This document shows positions 27,242 through 28,583 of a DNA stretch of 28,583 bases, piece by piece. The notes under the pieces were generated by a model that saw nothing but the letters and a program-made list of their open reading frames with translations, made no database searches and had not been told where the DNA came from. The DNA lies in the NCBI GenBank assembly GCA_048882325.1, contig JBHLRS010000040.1, forward strand, positions 1-28,583. Direction: 5' to 3'. Positions within the stretch are counted from its first letter, which is position 1, and each line of letters opens with the position of its first letter. Both the position numbers and the translations under genes were made by a program. Source of the DNA: Candidatus Thorarchaeota archaeon (GTDB taxonomy: Archaea > Asgardarchaeota > Thorarchaeia > Thorarchaeales > Thorarchaeaceae).

Positions 27242-27991
27242 ATGTCGCTCTTGATTGATGAAAATCAAAGTCGAACTGTGGCTCTAGTGGCGATTTTCGC
27301 AGCGATGATTGCTGTACTGGACATAATTCCTGCGTTCGGATTCACATCAGGAGTCTGGGACAGTTGGCCATTTTTGTTGAGCCCAATAATTGGAATACTC
27401 ATGGGACCATACTTAGGAGCTCTATCTGTTGGACTTGGTAGTCTAGTAGGACACACTATCTACTACCGTGACCCAACTGAGTTTCTATTCATGCTTGGGC
27501 TTTCAATGGGAGCCGCGGCGGCAGGATTCGTGTATCAGCATAAATGGAAGCCAGTCTGCGGAATTTATACACTCATGCTTCTGGGATACTTCATGTATCC
27601 TATCAGTTGGGGTCTTCCACTCTGGGGAATCTGGGACATCCTTGTTGGTTATGGTGTTGTGTTGATTTACTCTGTCGTAACGGCTAGAGGTGTCTGGTCA
27701 AATACAAGCGAACGGTACAGTTTGCTCTTACTCGTCTTCTGTACTGTGATTGCTCTGGAAACTGATATTCTATTTCGAGTCGTTGTACTCTTGCCTGGTC
27801 AGGTCCACTGGTTGCTAGGAATGACTCCTGAGATTCTGTTTGATATTTGGGTGGTAGCTGGATTCATCACGCCAGTCAAGGTCGTTCTAGCAGTGATAGT
27901 AATGGTGACATTGGGTAGGCAGCTGCTAAGGGTGCTTGAACAACAAGGTGATTCGATTGCCCTGGGTGATGCGGATTCACTACCCAACTAA
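27242..27991 (+). CDS. ECF transporter S-component-like membrane protein
   Basis: VALVAIFAAMIAVL (AxxxA helix 1) and IIGILMGPYLGALSVGLG motifs; multiple TM helices. Confidence 0.65.
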   Translation: MSLLIDENQSRTVALVAIFAAMIAVLDIIPAFGFTSGVWDSWPFLLSPIIGILMGPYLGALSVGLGSLVGHTIYYRDPTEFLFMLGLSMGAAAAGFVYQHKWKPVCGIYTLMLLGYFMYPISWGLPLWGIWDILVGYGVVLIYSVVTARGVWSNTSERYSLLLLVFCTVIALETDILFRVVVLLPGQVHWLLGMTPEILFDIWVVAGFITPVKVVLAVIVMVTLGRQLLRVLEQQGDSIALGDADSLPN

Positions 27992-28227
27992 GGCGAAGTT
28001 TCATCCGTTTTTCTCATTGGAAACCATCCTGCCCATGAGAGCAGAAGAAAACAAACCAAAGCGATTACAGCCCAAGAGCCATATGTGACCAACTCATAAG
28101 TCGGGTAATTTTCTGTTATGCCTATCAGAGGGAAGATGTAGAGATCAATCAGAATCCAAGAAATGAATAGACTGATAGAAGACACGGTTCCAATTATCCT
28201 TCTGCGATTCTCGTTATCCTGACTCAT
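27988..28227 (-). CDS. small two-TM hypothetical membrane protein
   Basis: Two hydrophobic segments; stop overlaps that of the convergent gene. Start placed at ATG 28227. Confidence 0.55.
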   Translation of the reverse strand: MSQDNENRRRIIGTVSSISLFISWILIDLYIFPLIGITENYPTYELVTYGSWAVIALVCFLLLSWAGWFPMRKTDETSP

Positions 28228-28415
28228 TGTGTTCACTGACAATATCGCAAGATATGGAGGTTTTCTATGTTGTCCTATAGTCTTCTATAGAATTGAACTT
28301 CAGAGCAATCAAAGTGAGGCCTTCTGGACTTGTCGATTCTACACCATTGAGATGTCCATTGAGGAATACAAGGGCACAGGAATTTGACAATAAAAAGATG
28401 CTACTGGTTCTCGCA

Positions 28416-28583
28416 CTAATGAGCCAAATTCGACAACCAGTGATGAACTGGAGCAATGGTGACTGCATACTCATAACACTTGTCGACAAGTTCGGGTCTC
28501 TTTAGTACACTTACTGGTATCTCTGGTGACTGAACATACAATGCGTCATATCTTAACAGGTCTGCACGTGGGTGGTCTGGATC
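28416..28583 (-). CDS. 3' end of a probable DUF2461 family protein (partial, not in ORF track)
   Basis: Minus frame from the window edge reads DPDHPRADLLRYDALYVQSPEIPVSVLKRPELVDKCYEYAVTIAPVHHWLSNLAH*, resembling the DUF2461 C-terminus (DHP..DLLR...P...WL). Confidence 0.65.
   Translation of the reverse strand, partial: DPDHPRADLLRYDALYVQSPEIPVSVLKRPELVDKCYEYAVTIAPVHHWLSNLAH

Noticed and set aside
28265-28505. 74-aa and 70-aa ORFs at the right end
   Set aside because: No motifs; both overlap the better supported partial DUF2461-like frame.
1-28583. Integrated mobile element or defence island at either tRNA
   Set aside because: No integrase, transposase, tRNA 3'-end duplication or recognisable defence genes seen.

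Overview
Compact archaeal chromosomal region with mostly housekeeping and accessory metabolic genes. It is very likely Asgard (Thorarchaeia-like); this is inferred from archaeal-type ValRS and PyrH, BHB-intron tRNAs, TATA/BRE promoters and a longin-like protein. About 27 protein genes are supported, including an M1 aminopeptidase with HEAT repeats, a membrane protein plus wHTH pair, an MFS transporter, two tandem OsmC paralogs, valS, a secreted Ntn hydrolase, pyrH, panE, YbaK, PolX-PHP, a UroD-like protein, an AcuC/HDAC-family deacetylase and a longin-like/helical protein. The most interesting signals are non-coding and absent from the ORF track. (i) A tRNA-Ala(CGC) at 4222-4328 carries a 30-nt BHB intron at the non-canonical T-loop position 58/59 and overlaps the MFS C-terminus antisense, with the MFS stop codon in the intron loop. 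(ii) An unassigned ~84-nt GC-rich multi-helix element at 2984-3067 has its own TATA box and lies beside palindromic operator-like repeats and the membrane protein/wHTH operon. (iii) A promoter-led structured RNA runs off the left edge. A tRNA-Leu(CAA) with a canonical 37/38 intron is also present. No CRISPR array, transposase or integrase was seen. All family calls come from motif recognition by eye, not database searches.
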